A program made the translations under genes and the position numbers. A stretch of 64,000 bases of DNA, taken from Candidatus Bathyarchaeia archaeon (GTDB lineage Archaea > Thermoproteota > Bathyarchaeia > 40CM-2-53-6 > DTGE01). The stretch's first letter is position 1, and every line of letters starts with the position of its first letter. Shown here piece by piece: positions 36,835 to 46,018 of this stretch. Where the stretch lies: positions 14,955 to 78,954 of the forward strand of contig JAWCKG010000006.1 in the NCBI GenBank assembly GCA_038852285.1. The letters are read 5' to 3'. The notes under the pieces are model-generated. The model did no database searches, had not been told where the DNA came from, and worked only from the letters and a program-made list of their open reading frames with translations.

Positions 36835-37593
36835 ATGAGAGTGTTAAGCATGCATTGTATGAAGGGTTATCATCCTCTACTGTTGTTTCTCATTGTTTTG
36901 TCTGTTTCCACCGTATTTTTGAACTCCCTCGCCGATAACGGCTATACGACGACGGTTACGCAGCGTTTCACTACTGTGTTGACGACTACGAAAACGGAAA
37001 CCACTGATACCACTATAACCGCTTACGTTACGCGAACAGAAACCGTTGAAACCTACATTGAAACTCATAAGGTTGTTATGAAGCCGACGACTGTTCTCAT
37101 ACCAACATTCGTCGTCGTACAGTATGTCACGTCTGGATGCGCCGCTCCAGGGGGCTCAACTATTTGCTGGGCAGCCATTGAGAAAAGAACGCTTGTCCAG
37201 TATATTCAGGTTTGGGTCAACACCCCCACAACAATCACATCTCTCATCACCTCTTCTAACACGATAACTGAAACAATCGAGGCGACACAGGTTGGGAAAA
37301 TGGTTAGAACGCTGACGGAGTTCATCACCTTCACCCTGGAAAACGTGTACACGTCGATTTACAGTCCTCCAACGACCCAGACGGGAGCCGGAGTGGCCGC
37401 TCTATTATCAAACTATTTGCCATGGATCCTCGGCGCCATCATCATAATATTAATCGCGGCTTTGGCTATGCGGTCAAGGCGCCCAAGGATTGAGGCGCCG
37501 GCGAGAATCGCTGGAGTGTACTGCGTAAGCTGCGGGGCGGTCATACCCGCTAACGTTAAATACTGCCCACAATGCGGGGCCCCTCAAAAATAA
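36835..37593 (+). CDS. Thr-rich surface protein with TM anchor and cytoplasmic C-terminal zinc ribbon
   Basis: N-terminal hydrophobic segment, Thr-rich ectodomain, TM helix LPWILGAIIIILIAALA followed by RSRRPR, then CVSCG...CPQCG. Confidence 0.55.
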   Translation: MRVLSMHCMKGYHPLLLFLIVLSVSTVFLNSLADNGYTTTVTQRFTTVLTTTKTETTDTTITAYVTRTETVETYIETHKVVMKPTTVLIPTFVVVQYVTSGCAAPGGSTICWAAIEKRTLVQYIQVWVNTPTTITSLITSSNTITETIEATQVGKMVRTLTEFITFTLENVYTSIYSPPTTQTGAGVAALLSNYLPWILGAIIIILIAALAMRSRRPRIEAPARIAGVYCVSCGAVIPANVKYCPQCGAPQK

Positions 37594-37675
37594 AATAGAG
37601 GACGAGCCGACCAGAAGAGCGAAAGATGCAGGGTTACGTCGCTTCAAAGAGGAAACCATCAGAATTCCCTAGGTC

Positions 37676-37710
37676 ACCGTAAAGTTAGTCTAGGTAACTT
37701 ACTTTACGGT
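37676..37710. repeat. inverted repeat / hairpin downstream of 36835..37593
   Basis: ACCGTAAAGT...ACTTTACGGT is a perfect 10-bp stem, extended by 3 more pairs after one mismatch. Confidence 0.5.
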
Positions 37711-38123
37711 TAAATGAAACTTTCCAGGCGGATTTCTAGTAGGTGCGTCTGTCAGAGTTCCACAGCTTAAAGGCGTGTGCGCGGAGAGCCTGGATTGGAA
37801 AGGAAAGTGGATTTGAATGAATCCTTTCAGGTTTACTCTTTACAAGGATGGGTAATGTGATTAAAGTCGTTTGTCGCTCTAATAGGGGCGTTAGCTATGG
37901 GAGCTTGACTGGTTTAGTCTCTGGGGCCTTCGCGTTGTTAGCAGTCACCTCCAGAGGGGTGTAAACTAGATGGTTTTTCCAGTTGGCCTTACCTCATCTT
38001 CACGGTTCCAAGTTTTGGCTGTGAGGTTTTACATCCTGTTTTTCAGACGCTTCAAGGAAGGGTTCAATTTCTCCTTTTTAACCTATTCCTTGACGTAGTC
38101 CGTAACTATAGATGGATTTGTAC

Positions 38124-38160
38124 AGTTATGAAGAAATTTAAATAAAATTTCTTCATAACT
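38124..38160. repeat. perfect 16-bp inverted repeat
   Basis: AGTTATGAAGAAATTT-AAATA-AAATTTCTTCATAACT. Confidence 0.7.
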
Positions 38161-38278
38161 ACAAAGATAATTTATTTTTATGAGAAGCCGGAAACATCTG
38201 TCCTGACTATGAAAGGTTTTAATTCTAATGGGAGTGGAGGTGACTAAGAGCCCCCTGTGGAACTGACTGAGAACATCC

Positions 38279-38491
38279 TCATTCAAATCCTCTATTCCAT
38301 GGGTGTTCCATTTCTAACTCCTTTTTCTTGACCACGCCTGGGTAGACCCTCGCTTCATGGTCGATGAGGATCCAAACGATGAGGTCTCCATCCTTCACAC
38401 GCCACTTCCTCATGAGCTTGGCGGGAATGTTGACTCGGCCGTTACCGTAGATCTTGGAGATAAACCTAAGGTTTGAAGCCTCCACCCCCAT
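38279..38491 (-). CDS. AbrB/SpoVT-family DNA-binding protein (antitoxin-like)
   Basis: GRVNIPAKLMRKWRVKDGDLIVW is a swapped-hairpin barrel signature. Confidence 0.65.
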   Translation of the reverse strand: MGVEASNLRFISKIYGNGRVNIPAKLMRKWRVKDGDLIVWILIDHEARVYPGVVKKKELEMEHPWNRGFE

Positions 38492-38764
38492 CCCCTCCTA
38501 GCCTACTTAACGTATAAAGCAAAGCAATAGCATAAATATTTTTAACATATTTTAGTATAGCAGCGACAGATGGCTTTGAGGGTGACCAAGGCTTGAAGCC
38601 TCTCCAACCTCTCCTTATCCTCTTTACCAAGCTTGACAGAAGTTGACATTCAAGCCCCTATTATAGGATAAAAGTATTTCAGAAGCTTTACCACATCGGC
38701 GGCTAAACCAACCCTTCTCTTCAGCCACTTTTTTGGCTCCTTCACAGTAGGGAACCCCCCTGGT

Positions 38765-38803
38765 TTATCAAATTGTGACACGCTGTGACACGTTGTGTCA
38801 CAA
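38765..38803. repeat. copy B of the shared intergenic motif plus an inverted third half-site
   Basis: TTATCAAATTGTGACACGCTGTGACAC followed by GTT and GTGTCACAA. The outer 9-mers TTGTGACAC and GTGTCACAA are perfect reverse complements. Confidence 0.6.
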
Positions 38804-38868
38804 AGTGTTAAACCCGGGGTGTTTTCATCCAAAAATCGAAGATCGCTTTCAATTCTCCTTATTGAGAT

Positions 38869-39513
38869 TCAGCTGTTGGCCGCTCGCCTTGGTCTCTCTT
38901 GGTTATGAGTTGAAAGGGTTTTTAGAGATTCCTCGCTTACCTTTACTTCAAGCCTTCTAAATTTGACGCTGAGCCTGCTTAGAAAGGCTGTAATTTCTTC
39001 GGCTGCGCTTTCAGGGACTAGGATGCAGCCCTCGTTGAGTTTGGCTCCCCCAGCTTTGCCGACGGCTCCCATGCCGCCCTTTCTGTAAAGGAAGTATGAA
39101 GCCTTCATTTTATCCCTGTAGCTTAAGCCGGTCATGCTGTAAAAAATCAGTGTGTAAGGCTTCAACGTTACGTGTTTCAGTGAAACCTCCATGGGGAAGC
39201 GGGCGAAGAGAACCTTCCCATGTTTGGAGAGCTCCTCCAAGAACACTGGATTCGCGGTTTTAAACTCTTCTAGGGTTTCAGGAATCACATGTAATCTCAT
39301 GTCGAGGCTGCTGGTAGCCTTAAACAAGTCGTCCCAGCTCTTCCACATGGACGACTTTTCTTCAAAAAGGACGAGCAAGTCATAATCTGAATACTCATCG
39401 TAGTCTCCTCTAGCCGCGCTTCCGAAAAGTAAAATTCCCGCGACGCCTTCAAGCCTCGATATTGTTTCAATAACTCTCTTTAAATCTAATGTTTGATTTG
39501 TTTTCAAACTCAT
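38869..39513 (-). CDS. nucleotidyltransferase-domain protein (MNT-like) with a C-terminal extension
   Basis: GILLFGSAARGDYDEYSDYDLLVLF (GS...DxD NTase motif). It is paired with an upstream HEPN gene. Confidence 0.7.
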   Translation of the reverse strand: MSLKTNQTLDLKRVIETISRLEGVAGILLFGSAARGDYDEYSDYDLLVLFEEKSSMWKSWDDLFKATSSLDMRLHVIPETLEEFKTANPVFLEELSKHGKVLFARFPMEVSLKHVTLKPYTLIFYSMTGLSYRDKMKASYFLYRKGGMGAVGKAGGAKLNEGCILVPESAAEEITAFLSRLSVKFRRLEVKVSEESLKTLSTHNQERPRRAANS

Positions 39514-39844
39514 TTAAGATACGCTCCATGGCCGCTATAACTTTTCGCGCCCTATCCCCGTTGATGCCTTCATATCCTAGAGCGCCATAGGCTCCCCACA
39601 ATTCATCGAGATCCTTCGACAAATGTGGAAACTTTTCCTTTACCCACCGCAGCCTAGCGCTGTGAGCGCTTCTCGGATGCAGGTGGAAGTGTAGGTCCTC
39701 CAACGCAGCTAGGGCCTCGATGGCCTGCTCAACAGCCTTGATGGCTAGGTCCCCGACAACCGTATACCTCTTTTTCTCGAATTCCTCTAAGGTCGACAGC
39801 TTCTTCTCGCGAGCGGACTTAATGTGGACCTCAAAATCGCTCAC
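39467..39844 (-). CDS. HEPN-domain protein
   Basis: Helical 125-aa protein (AIKAVEQAIEALAALE...) immediately upstream of, and overlapping, the NTase gene, as in HEPN/MNT modules. Confidence 0.55.
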   Translation of the reverse strand: MSDFEVHIKSAREKKLSTLEEFEKKRYTVVGDLAIKAVEQAIEALAALEDLHFHLHPRSAHSARLRWVKEKFPHLSKDLDELWGAYGALGYEGINGDRARKVIAAMERILNEFENKSNIRFKESY

Positions 39845-40098
39845 GGCAACTCCTTACAAATAACATTTTTCTTACATATAAGGATTCTCTCGATTCAAAA
39901 GGATAAATCCTAGCAGGGGAATTGAAATGCTTTTCAATCTGCATGGGGCTCTTCAAAACTGTAAGGGGGGAAGCGTAGGATGCCTCTACTTGGAGGTAGT
40001 GGAAAAATAAATGGCAGGGTGAATTTAACTAACCCCTACGTGAGGGCTTTAAAAATTTTCTTCAACGTCAAGAAAATGGTGATAACGATTTAGTAAAT

Positions 40099-40496
40099 GC
40101 GCTGAAAAAATTGGAAATCGTTGACGCTGGACTCTACGGTTCTTGGGCCAATGGAGCCCGATTAAGAAGAGAGCGACCTAGACATTTGGTTAAAGGGTAG
40201 ATGAATATCCTGGAGAAATGAAAGTAGCCGCTCTATCGAACGGCATAAGGAGGATTTTAGGCAGAAACGTTCACATACTAATCCTTACCCCTGAAAGAAT
40301 TGAATGAGTAAAAAAGAAGACTTAGCTTTCTATCATACACTACTTATCGGGTTCATAATTCTTCACGGTGAAACAATTGAGTGAATTAGATGAATTCTTT
40401 AAGAAAGGCTTAATAAGAGAAACCCCGCCATCAAAGGAAAAAGCTAGAAAAAGCCTAAGGCTGGTTAAGCCTTATCTGTCGATTTACCCCGTTTAG
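40099..40496 (+). pseudogene. frameshifted remnant of a second NTase/HEPN pair
   Basis: The NTase motif is split across frames: LYGSWANGA in one frame and EESDLDIWL in another, each ending in a stop. An ILGRNVHILILTPERIE tail follows in a further frame, and then a truncated HEPN-like start LSELDEFFKKGLIRETPPSKEKARKSLRL. Confidence 0.45.
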
Positions 40497-40579
40497 GGCT
40501 TAACTCCGCTTTACAGCTTTAAGGGCCTTGAAAAACTCATAGGTAGCCCGGGGACCACGCGTACAAGGCGGCCGCAACA

Positions 40580-43345
40580 TCATCCCGCTGAGGCTTCAAC
40601 GGTTGAGAACCCCTCTTTTTTATTTACGGTGTAGGCGACGTCGGCTATGTCTTGAAGCTCAGCGTGATGCGTGATCACTATCATTTGAGGCGTTATCCTC
40701 CCCCCTTCCTTGAAGAAGGTGTTCAATATGTTGATGAGCTCCCTCCTCCTCTCCTCGTCTAAATGTATGGTAGGTTCATCCATCATTATGGTCTCAACCT
40801 TCCCCGATAGGATGCGGGCTATGGCCAGCCTTAACGCGACGGCTAAGGCGACCCTCTCCCCACCGCTGAGCTGCTCCACGGCCTGCGACCCAGCGGGACC
40901 TGTAACGGTGATATTGTAGTCATCGTCCAACGTCACGTTGGAGTAATCTAAATTAAATTTCTCGAAGAACTCCCACATGGTCTTCTCGAGGAGCGGCCTA
41001 GCCCTCCCGCGGATCAGCTTTTGAGCCCCATCTTTATGAAAGGCCCTCCTCACCATCTCCAATGTTTTTATAAAAGCCTCAACCCTCCGCTTCTCCACCT
41101 CCCTGTCTGAAAGCTGACTCAACTCCGCCTCAAGCATCAACTTCTCACCTTCAACAGCCCTAAGCCTAGCTTCAACCTCAACCACGGCCTTCTCAGCGTC
41201 CCCCATCAAACGCCTCTTACCTTCAAACGTCTCGCTCATCCTCCTATGCTCGTCTTCTCGATACCCAAGCGCATCCAATTTTTTAAGGACATTATCAAGC
41301 TCCAACCCTACACTTGCTATCCTTTGCCTTACCTCGGAGAGGTCGGCTTGCAGCCGGCTCCTCTTCTCCGCGATGGGCTCGCTTTTATCATGCTCAACCT
41401 TCTTAGCTCTCAGCTCAGCTAGTTCCCCCTCGGGGTTAACAGGCTTAAACCCCAACCTCTTCGTCAACGCCTCCAACTCCCCTGAAAGGGCTTCCAGGCG
41501 ACTGCTCGCCTCCTTTAAAGAGTCATCCACTTCCTGTCTCGGCGGCCACCTGGCGATTTCCCGCTTCGCGAATTCATATTCCCGGTGTGGCTCCTCTAAC
41601 CCTCCAAGTTGGGCTTCAAGCCTCTTTATTTCCCCGTCGATTCTCTTCAAGGTCTCAGCCTTCTTCTCCAGCTTTTTTACATCCATTTTTTCCCGCGCGA
41701 GTTTCCGCCTTAACTCAGCCACTTCAACAGCCGCCTCCACTATCTTCTTCGGGTCGATGGACATCGTACGCTGCAATTCCAGCTCGCAGCGTTTCTCCTC
41801 TTCCTTCACCTTCTCCAATTCGCTTGTTAACCTTCGCGTTGAAGCTTCAACCTCTTTCCTCGCCTCCTCAAGTTCGCTTTGAAGCTTTATCCGATGCTGG
41901 GGGGTAAGCTTCTTTCCGCAAACTGGACAAGCCTCAGCTTCAACGATTCCATCAAGCTTAAACTCAAGCTCAGCCAACTTCTGTTCGAAGCCTCCGACCT
42001 TCAGCTTCAATTCATCCGCCCTTTCCCGCAGCCTACCCTTTAAGGCCTGTAACTCCCCAATTTTTCTCGCATGTGCTGCTTCGATGTTTTCAGCTTTCAC
42101 CGCCTCCCCTATGATTTGAGAAAAATTCATCAACTCCCGGCTTAGTCTACGTTCCTTCTCCTCCAACTCAGCTGTGTCCTGTCGAACCCGCTTCTCAACC
42201 TCTTTAAGCGCTTCACCCGCCCCCTCATAGCTTTCCCTAGTCTTCCTCATCCGAGCAACGAGGAGGCTCTTCTCCTCATACTCTTTCCATCGATCCTCGT
42301 TTCTGAGCAACGTGTTCTCCAACTCATCCAACCGGAGGAGTGTTTGACGCTGTAACTCCACCTCCCTTTCCAACTCTCCTTTCCTCACGGATAACTTCAC
42401 GTACCTCTCCATTAAGGGGAGTTTCTCCACAGCCTCCTTAAGGGACATCACTTTTCTATAAGCTGTCTCCGCCTCCGACAGCTCCGCTTCCTTTTCGCTT
42501 AACGTTCGCTTTAGATGCGTGAGCTCAGCCTCTAAAACAACTCTTTTAGAGTTTAACGCGTGGAACCTCGCCTTCTTCTCCTCGAACATACGCAGCTTTT
42601 CTTCAAGCGTCTTCAACTCTCTTTCAACCTTGGCCAGCCTGCGTGTTTCCAGCCTCAGCGTCGCCTTTAACCCATCCATTTCCCTCCTTAACCCTTCCAA
42701 CTGTTTTTCAACAGTCGGTTTCCGAGATAACTCGCCGGCCAACCGGGACGCGGAGACCTGATACTCGTTGATCAGGTCCCTCATGCCCTGATACGCTTTT
42801 TCAAGGTCCTCCACCCCGAGAAGCTTGGCGATAACCTCCTTCCTAGCGGCTGGAGTGGCGGAGACAAGGCTTTCAATCTCCCCCTGGCGGACGTAGATCG
42901 ATTGTTGGAAAAGGTTTCTATCAAAGCCTAAGATCTTCTCCACCTCTGAGGTGATTACCCGCTCCCCACCCCTCGCTAACACGACTCGCGCGCCGTTTTG
43001 AACCCTGAACAACACGCCGTTAGCCGGCTTCCACCGGTCGACGCTCCACTCCACGCCGTAAGTTAAACCGCCTTCCTGAAACTCCACGGCGACTCTTGAC
43101 TCGTCGGCAGTCTGGTTGATGAGGTTCTCCTTCCTTCCTCTGCCATGCAAGTTGAAGAGCCCGAAGCTCACCGCGTCTAGGATCGATGTCTTACCCGCCC
43201 CGTTGGGGCCGGTGATGACGTTGACCCCATAGTCAAACTCCAACTCACTGCTCCTATGGGAAACGAAGTTTTCAAGCCGCACCTTCTTCAGAATCACCCA
43301 GCCCAATCCCCCTGTAGAATTGCTCCGCCACCCTTCTCGCCTCAT
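40580..43345 (-). CDS. rad50: DNA double-strand break repair Rad50 ATPase
   Basis: Walker A GPNGAGKTS, long coiled coils, Zn hook CPVCG, signature LSGGE, Walker B IMMDEP. The true start is probably the GTG at 43297 (VILKKVRLENF), not the ORF-track start. Confidence 0.9.
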   Translation of the reverse strand: MRREGWRSNSTGGLGWVILKKVRLENFVSHRSSELEFDYGVNVITGPNGAGKTSILDAVSFGLFNLHGRGRKENLINQTADESRVAVEFQEGGLTYGVEWSVDRWKPANGVLFRVQNGARVVLARGGERVITSEVEKILGFDRNLFQQSIYVRQGEIESLVSATPAARKEVIAKLLGVEDLEKAYQGMRDLINEYQVSASRLAGELSRKPTVEKQLEGLRREMDGLKATLRLETRRLAKVERELKTLEEKLRMFEEKKARFHALNSKRVVLEAELTHLKRTLSEKEAELSEAETAYRKVMSLKEAVEKLPLMERYVKLSVRKGELEREVELQRQTLLRLDELENTLLRNEDRWKEYEEKSLLVARMRKTRESYEGAGEALKEVEKRVRQDTAELEEKERRLSRELMNFSQIIGEAVKAENIEAAHARKIGELQALKGRLRERADELKLKVGGFEQKLAELEFKLDGIVEAEACPVCGKKLTPQHRIKLQSELEEARKEVEASTRRLTSELEKVKEEEKRCELELQRTMSIDPKKIVEAAVEVAELRRKLAREKMDVKKLEKKAETLKRIDGEIKRLEAQLGGLEEPHREYEFAKREIARWPPRQEVDDSLKEASSRLEALSGELEALTKRLGFKPVNPEGELAELRAKKVEHDKSEPIAEKRSRLQADLSEVRQRIASVGLELDNVLKKLDALGYREDEHRRMSETFEGKRRLMGDAEKAVVEVEARLRAVEGEKLMLEAELSQLSDREVEKRRVEAFIKTLEMVRRAFHKDGAQKLIRGRARPLLEKTMWEFFEKFNLDYSNVTLDDDYNITVTGPAGSQAVEQLSGGERVALAVALRLAIARILSGKVETIMMDEPTIHLDEERRRELINILNTFFKEGGRITPQMIVITHHAELQDIADVAYTVNKKEGFSTVEASAG

Positions 43346-44435
43346 CAGCCTCGCCCAGCCTTAAAGCGTCGAACAGCGCGTAGCCAAACTCCACCAGCTT
43401 CTCATCCCTGAGAAACTCCTTTAACGCAGCGTACACGTTAACACCCTCTAGCTTTAACTCGACGGGGCCTTCCTCGGCTTCTTCGATGAGTTCAGATCGG
43501 AACCGCAGAACCCTGCCGGCTAACGCCTCGTTTAACGCTTGGTAAACCCTCTGTCTATCGACTCCCCTCCCCTCTACGGTTATGTGGAGGATTGGAATCT
43601 TCCCGTAGCGGTTTAACGAGCCGGTTAAAGCCTTAAGCTCCCTGTCGAAATCCACGTAGCTCAACCTCACCTTTCGCTGAGGCCTTATCCCCTCAACGTT
43701 AACTTCACGCACTTCCACATCCTCCTTCTCGACATCTACGATGTAGAAGCCCTTTCCATGCTCAAGCCACTCGTCGATTTCGCTGCTTCGAAAGATCTCA
43801 GGGGACCCAGCGTAGGATAGCTCTCCAAGTCCATGGAGGGCCCTAATCCTTTCGTGGAGATGCCCCATCGCGTAGTACCTGAAGTTTCCAGGCAGCTCCT
43901 CCAGTTTTAGCTCAGCCAGCTCTTTGATGAAGAAAAACCTGTCGATGGTTTGGTGGAGCGTTAAAACGCTGATGGAACACTTCGCGGCGAGGGATCCAAG
44001 CCTTCTCAACTCCCGCGTTAACACGTCGCGGCTTCTCCGACCCATGTGGGATACTCCCGCCACCAACACGTCCTGACCGTTTAAAGAGAGGACTTGATGC
44101 TCTCCACCGTTAACCCCTAAAACCTGGATTCTATCTTCGAAAAGCCTCTGAGGAGGCATACCAAGCCTTTTAGGAGTATCATGGTCGCCCAATATGGAGA
44201 AAACCTTCACCTTGCCCTCAAGCTTGGAGAGAAATTTTTTAAACGCGTAGTAGGCCTGAGCCGTAGGCCTAGAAGAGTCGAAAAGATCTCCGCTGTGAAC
44301 AACGATGCTCGCCCGCTCGTCAAGGATTCTGTCTGAAATCTCATCCATAACGTCGTAGACATCTCGCTCCCGCTCATCCAAATTATACTGCCTAAACCCT
44401 AGATGAGTGTCGGCGAGATGGGCCACCCTAACCAT
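43272..44435 (-). CDS. mre11: Mre11 nuclease
   Basis: Phosphoesterase motifs HLADTHLG, GDLFD, GDHD and GHLH. Directly upstream of rad50. Confidence 0.9.
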   Translation of the reverse strand: MVRVAHLADTHLGFRQYNLDERERDVYDVMDEISDRILDERASIVVHSGDLFDSSRPTAQAYYAFKKFLSKLEGKVKVFSILGDHDTPKRLGMPPQRLFEDRIQVLGVNGGEHQVLSLNGQDVLVAGVSHMGRRSRDVLTRELRRLGSLAAKCSISVLTLHQTIDRFFFIKELAELKLEELPGNFRYYAMGHLHERIRALHGLGELSYAGSPEIFRSSEIDEWLEHGKGFYIVDVEKEDVEVREVNVEGIRPQRKVRLSYVDFDRELKALTGSLNRYGKIPILHITVEGRGVDRQRVYQALNEALAGRVLRFRSELIEEAEEGPVELKLEGVNVYAALKEFLRDEKLVEFGYALFDALRLGEADEARRVAEQFYRGIGLGDSEEGAA

Positions 44436-44662
44436 TTAAGCCATCCTAATTGAAGTCCCCAAAACCCCCCTATAATGATTGTCCACCGAAGCGTAATGTT
44501 CCATGACGCCTCTTTCAGAACGAAGCCCATTTGCAGCGTTATTCACCCATGAGTATTCCACACCAGCCCCTCATCACCCAGTCGAATCGCGGTGAGGCGA
44601 CCAGCACCCATGCCTTCCCGCTTATCAGCAGCGTTCCAAGCCCTTTCCGAAATCGGCGACAG

Positions 44663-45364
44663 TTAAATGATCTGTTGCTTTAGCAGATCAACATCGACAT
44701 TGAACCCGTATTTTTCGAATAAATTTATCAGCGGATTCAAATCTGTCAGCCCACTCCCGTAAATCATGTAGGCGAATACCCTATGAGTCTTTTCAGGCTC
44801 GCGCAATGTCGTTAAATCCTCTTTGCTCCGTCTAAACTGAGAGAAGAACCTTCGATAGGCATCCCATGAAAACCTGTGCAAATACTCCTGGAACATGAAA
44901 ACCCTGTCCCTCGGGGAAAGCTCAGCTAAACTATGCTCGGCCTCACTCACATAGCCAAGCGCCCTCATAATCTCCACAGATACAAAATATGGGAAGGGAC
45001 TTCGCCCATACCAAAGCTCGCTTCCATCAGCCCAAGGCCAACCAGCGGACAAATAGCCTGTGAAAACGTTCACCAACTCATGGGGCAGCAAACGCCTACA
45101 CCACTTATTGTCCGCCCATGCTCCAGCGCAGTACTGCAACTTCCCTTCCGTAGTTGCTCCGCCAATGCCTGATCGGCATTCACTACTGGGCCTAATGTAA
45201 ACAGGGATCTTCAAATAACCCTCCGGCTCAAAGCCTAGGAAATCTTTCGCCTTACTGTAGCAGTGCTCCATGTAGCTGTAAAACTGCTCAATATCACCGT
45301 TTATCGTGGCTCTATCGCCATACCACTTAAAACGCTCCGACTCGTACATCAACTCCAAGAACAT
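44663..45364 (-). CDS. hypothetical protein with degenerate HExxH-like site (HELVN)
   Basis: PHELVNVFTGY resembles the gluzincin HELxHxWxG but lacks the second His. Confidence 0.3.
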   Translation of the reverse strand: MFLELMYESERFKWYGDRATINGDIEQFYSYMEHCYSKAKDFLGFEPEGYLKIPVYIRPSSECRSGIGGATTEGKLQYCAGAWADNKWCRRLLPHELVNVFTGYLSAGWPWADGSELWYGRSPFPYFVSVEIMRALGYVSEAEHSLAELSPRDRVFMFQEYLHRFSWDAYRRFFSQFRRSKEDLTTLREPEKTHRVFAYMIYGSGLTDLNPLINLFEKYGFNVDVDLLKQQII

Positions 45365-45442
45365 AAAATTACCACCTTAACTTGCTTTGCGAACTCGTTT
45401 AACCTCCTCAACACGTTACCTATTTTTCACGTGCTCCCCCGT

Positions 45443-46006
45443 TCATTTTACAACTCCGTATCCTCCACTGATTGGATCTTGAAATATGGGCAATCGCGGC
45501 GGATAAAAAGTGAAAAATACGAATAGGCCAGCTAAAACGCCCAGCGCGATAACGGAAATATACGCGTAGATTCTTGAGGTTTCCCTCCCAGTCATTAACC
45601 AATAACTTACCAGTTGGCCGATCACCACCGCTACCACGAAAATCAAAATGTCCAAGAATAGGCTTTCCTCGATAAACGCCCTATACAAGTAGAAAAAGGA
45701 AACAATGGCTAACGGCATCAGATAAACGCCCACCGCCTTGGCTGGGAAGAAGCTGCGAGCCCTACCCTTCAAATATCCATGCTCGATGAACATGTATACT
45801 ACGGCTGGCCAAAAACTCAACTTCAAATGTTCCCAAACGCTTTCATTAACCGCTGAAAAAGCGGCGACGAATGGATTGCCACCGGACAAATCGAAAGTAA
45901 AGTGTAACGCGCTTCCCAGCAGAACTATGAAAACTATGCCAACCAACTCAAAGATAAGAATGGACCTCTTATCATAGCCACTCATATATATCCCTGAGTG
46001 GTTCAT
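45443..46006 (-). CDS. integral membrane protein (5-6 TM)
   Basis: Hydrophobic helices throughout. It lies 12 nt downstream of hmgA on the same strand. Confidence 0.5.
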   Translation of the reverse strand: MNHSGIYMSGYDKRSILIFELVGIVFIVLLGSALHFTFDLSGGNPFVAAFSAVNESVWEHLKLSFWPAVVYMFIEHGYLKGRARSFFPAKAVGVYLMPLAIVSFFYLYRAFIEESLFLDILIFVVAVVIGQLVSYWLMTGRETSRIYAYISVIALGVLAGLFVFFTFYPPRLPIFQDPISGGYGVVK

Positions 46007-46018
46007 CTCTCAGGTCTT

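Noticed and set aside
38083-38286. A 67-aa ORF overlapping the AbrB stop, considered as its toxin partner.
   Set aside because: It starts at TTG, is AT-rich and low-information, and contains a perfect 37-nt palindrome. I recognise no toxin family. I report it only as a question under the palindrome finding.
39921-39938. ATTGAAATGCTTTTCAAT, which resembles the ends of archaeal CRISPR repeats.
   Set aside because: It is a single copy with no spaced repetition nearby. No CRISPR array or cas genes occur in the window.
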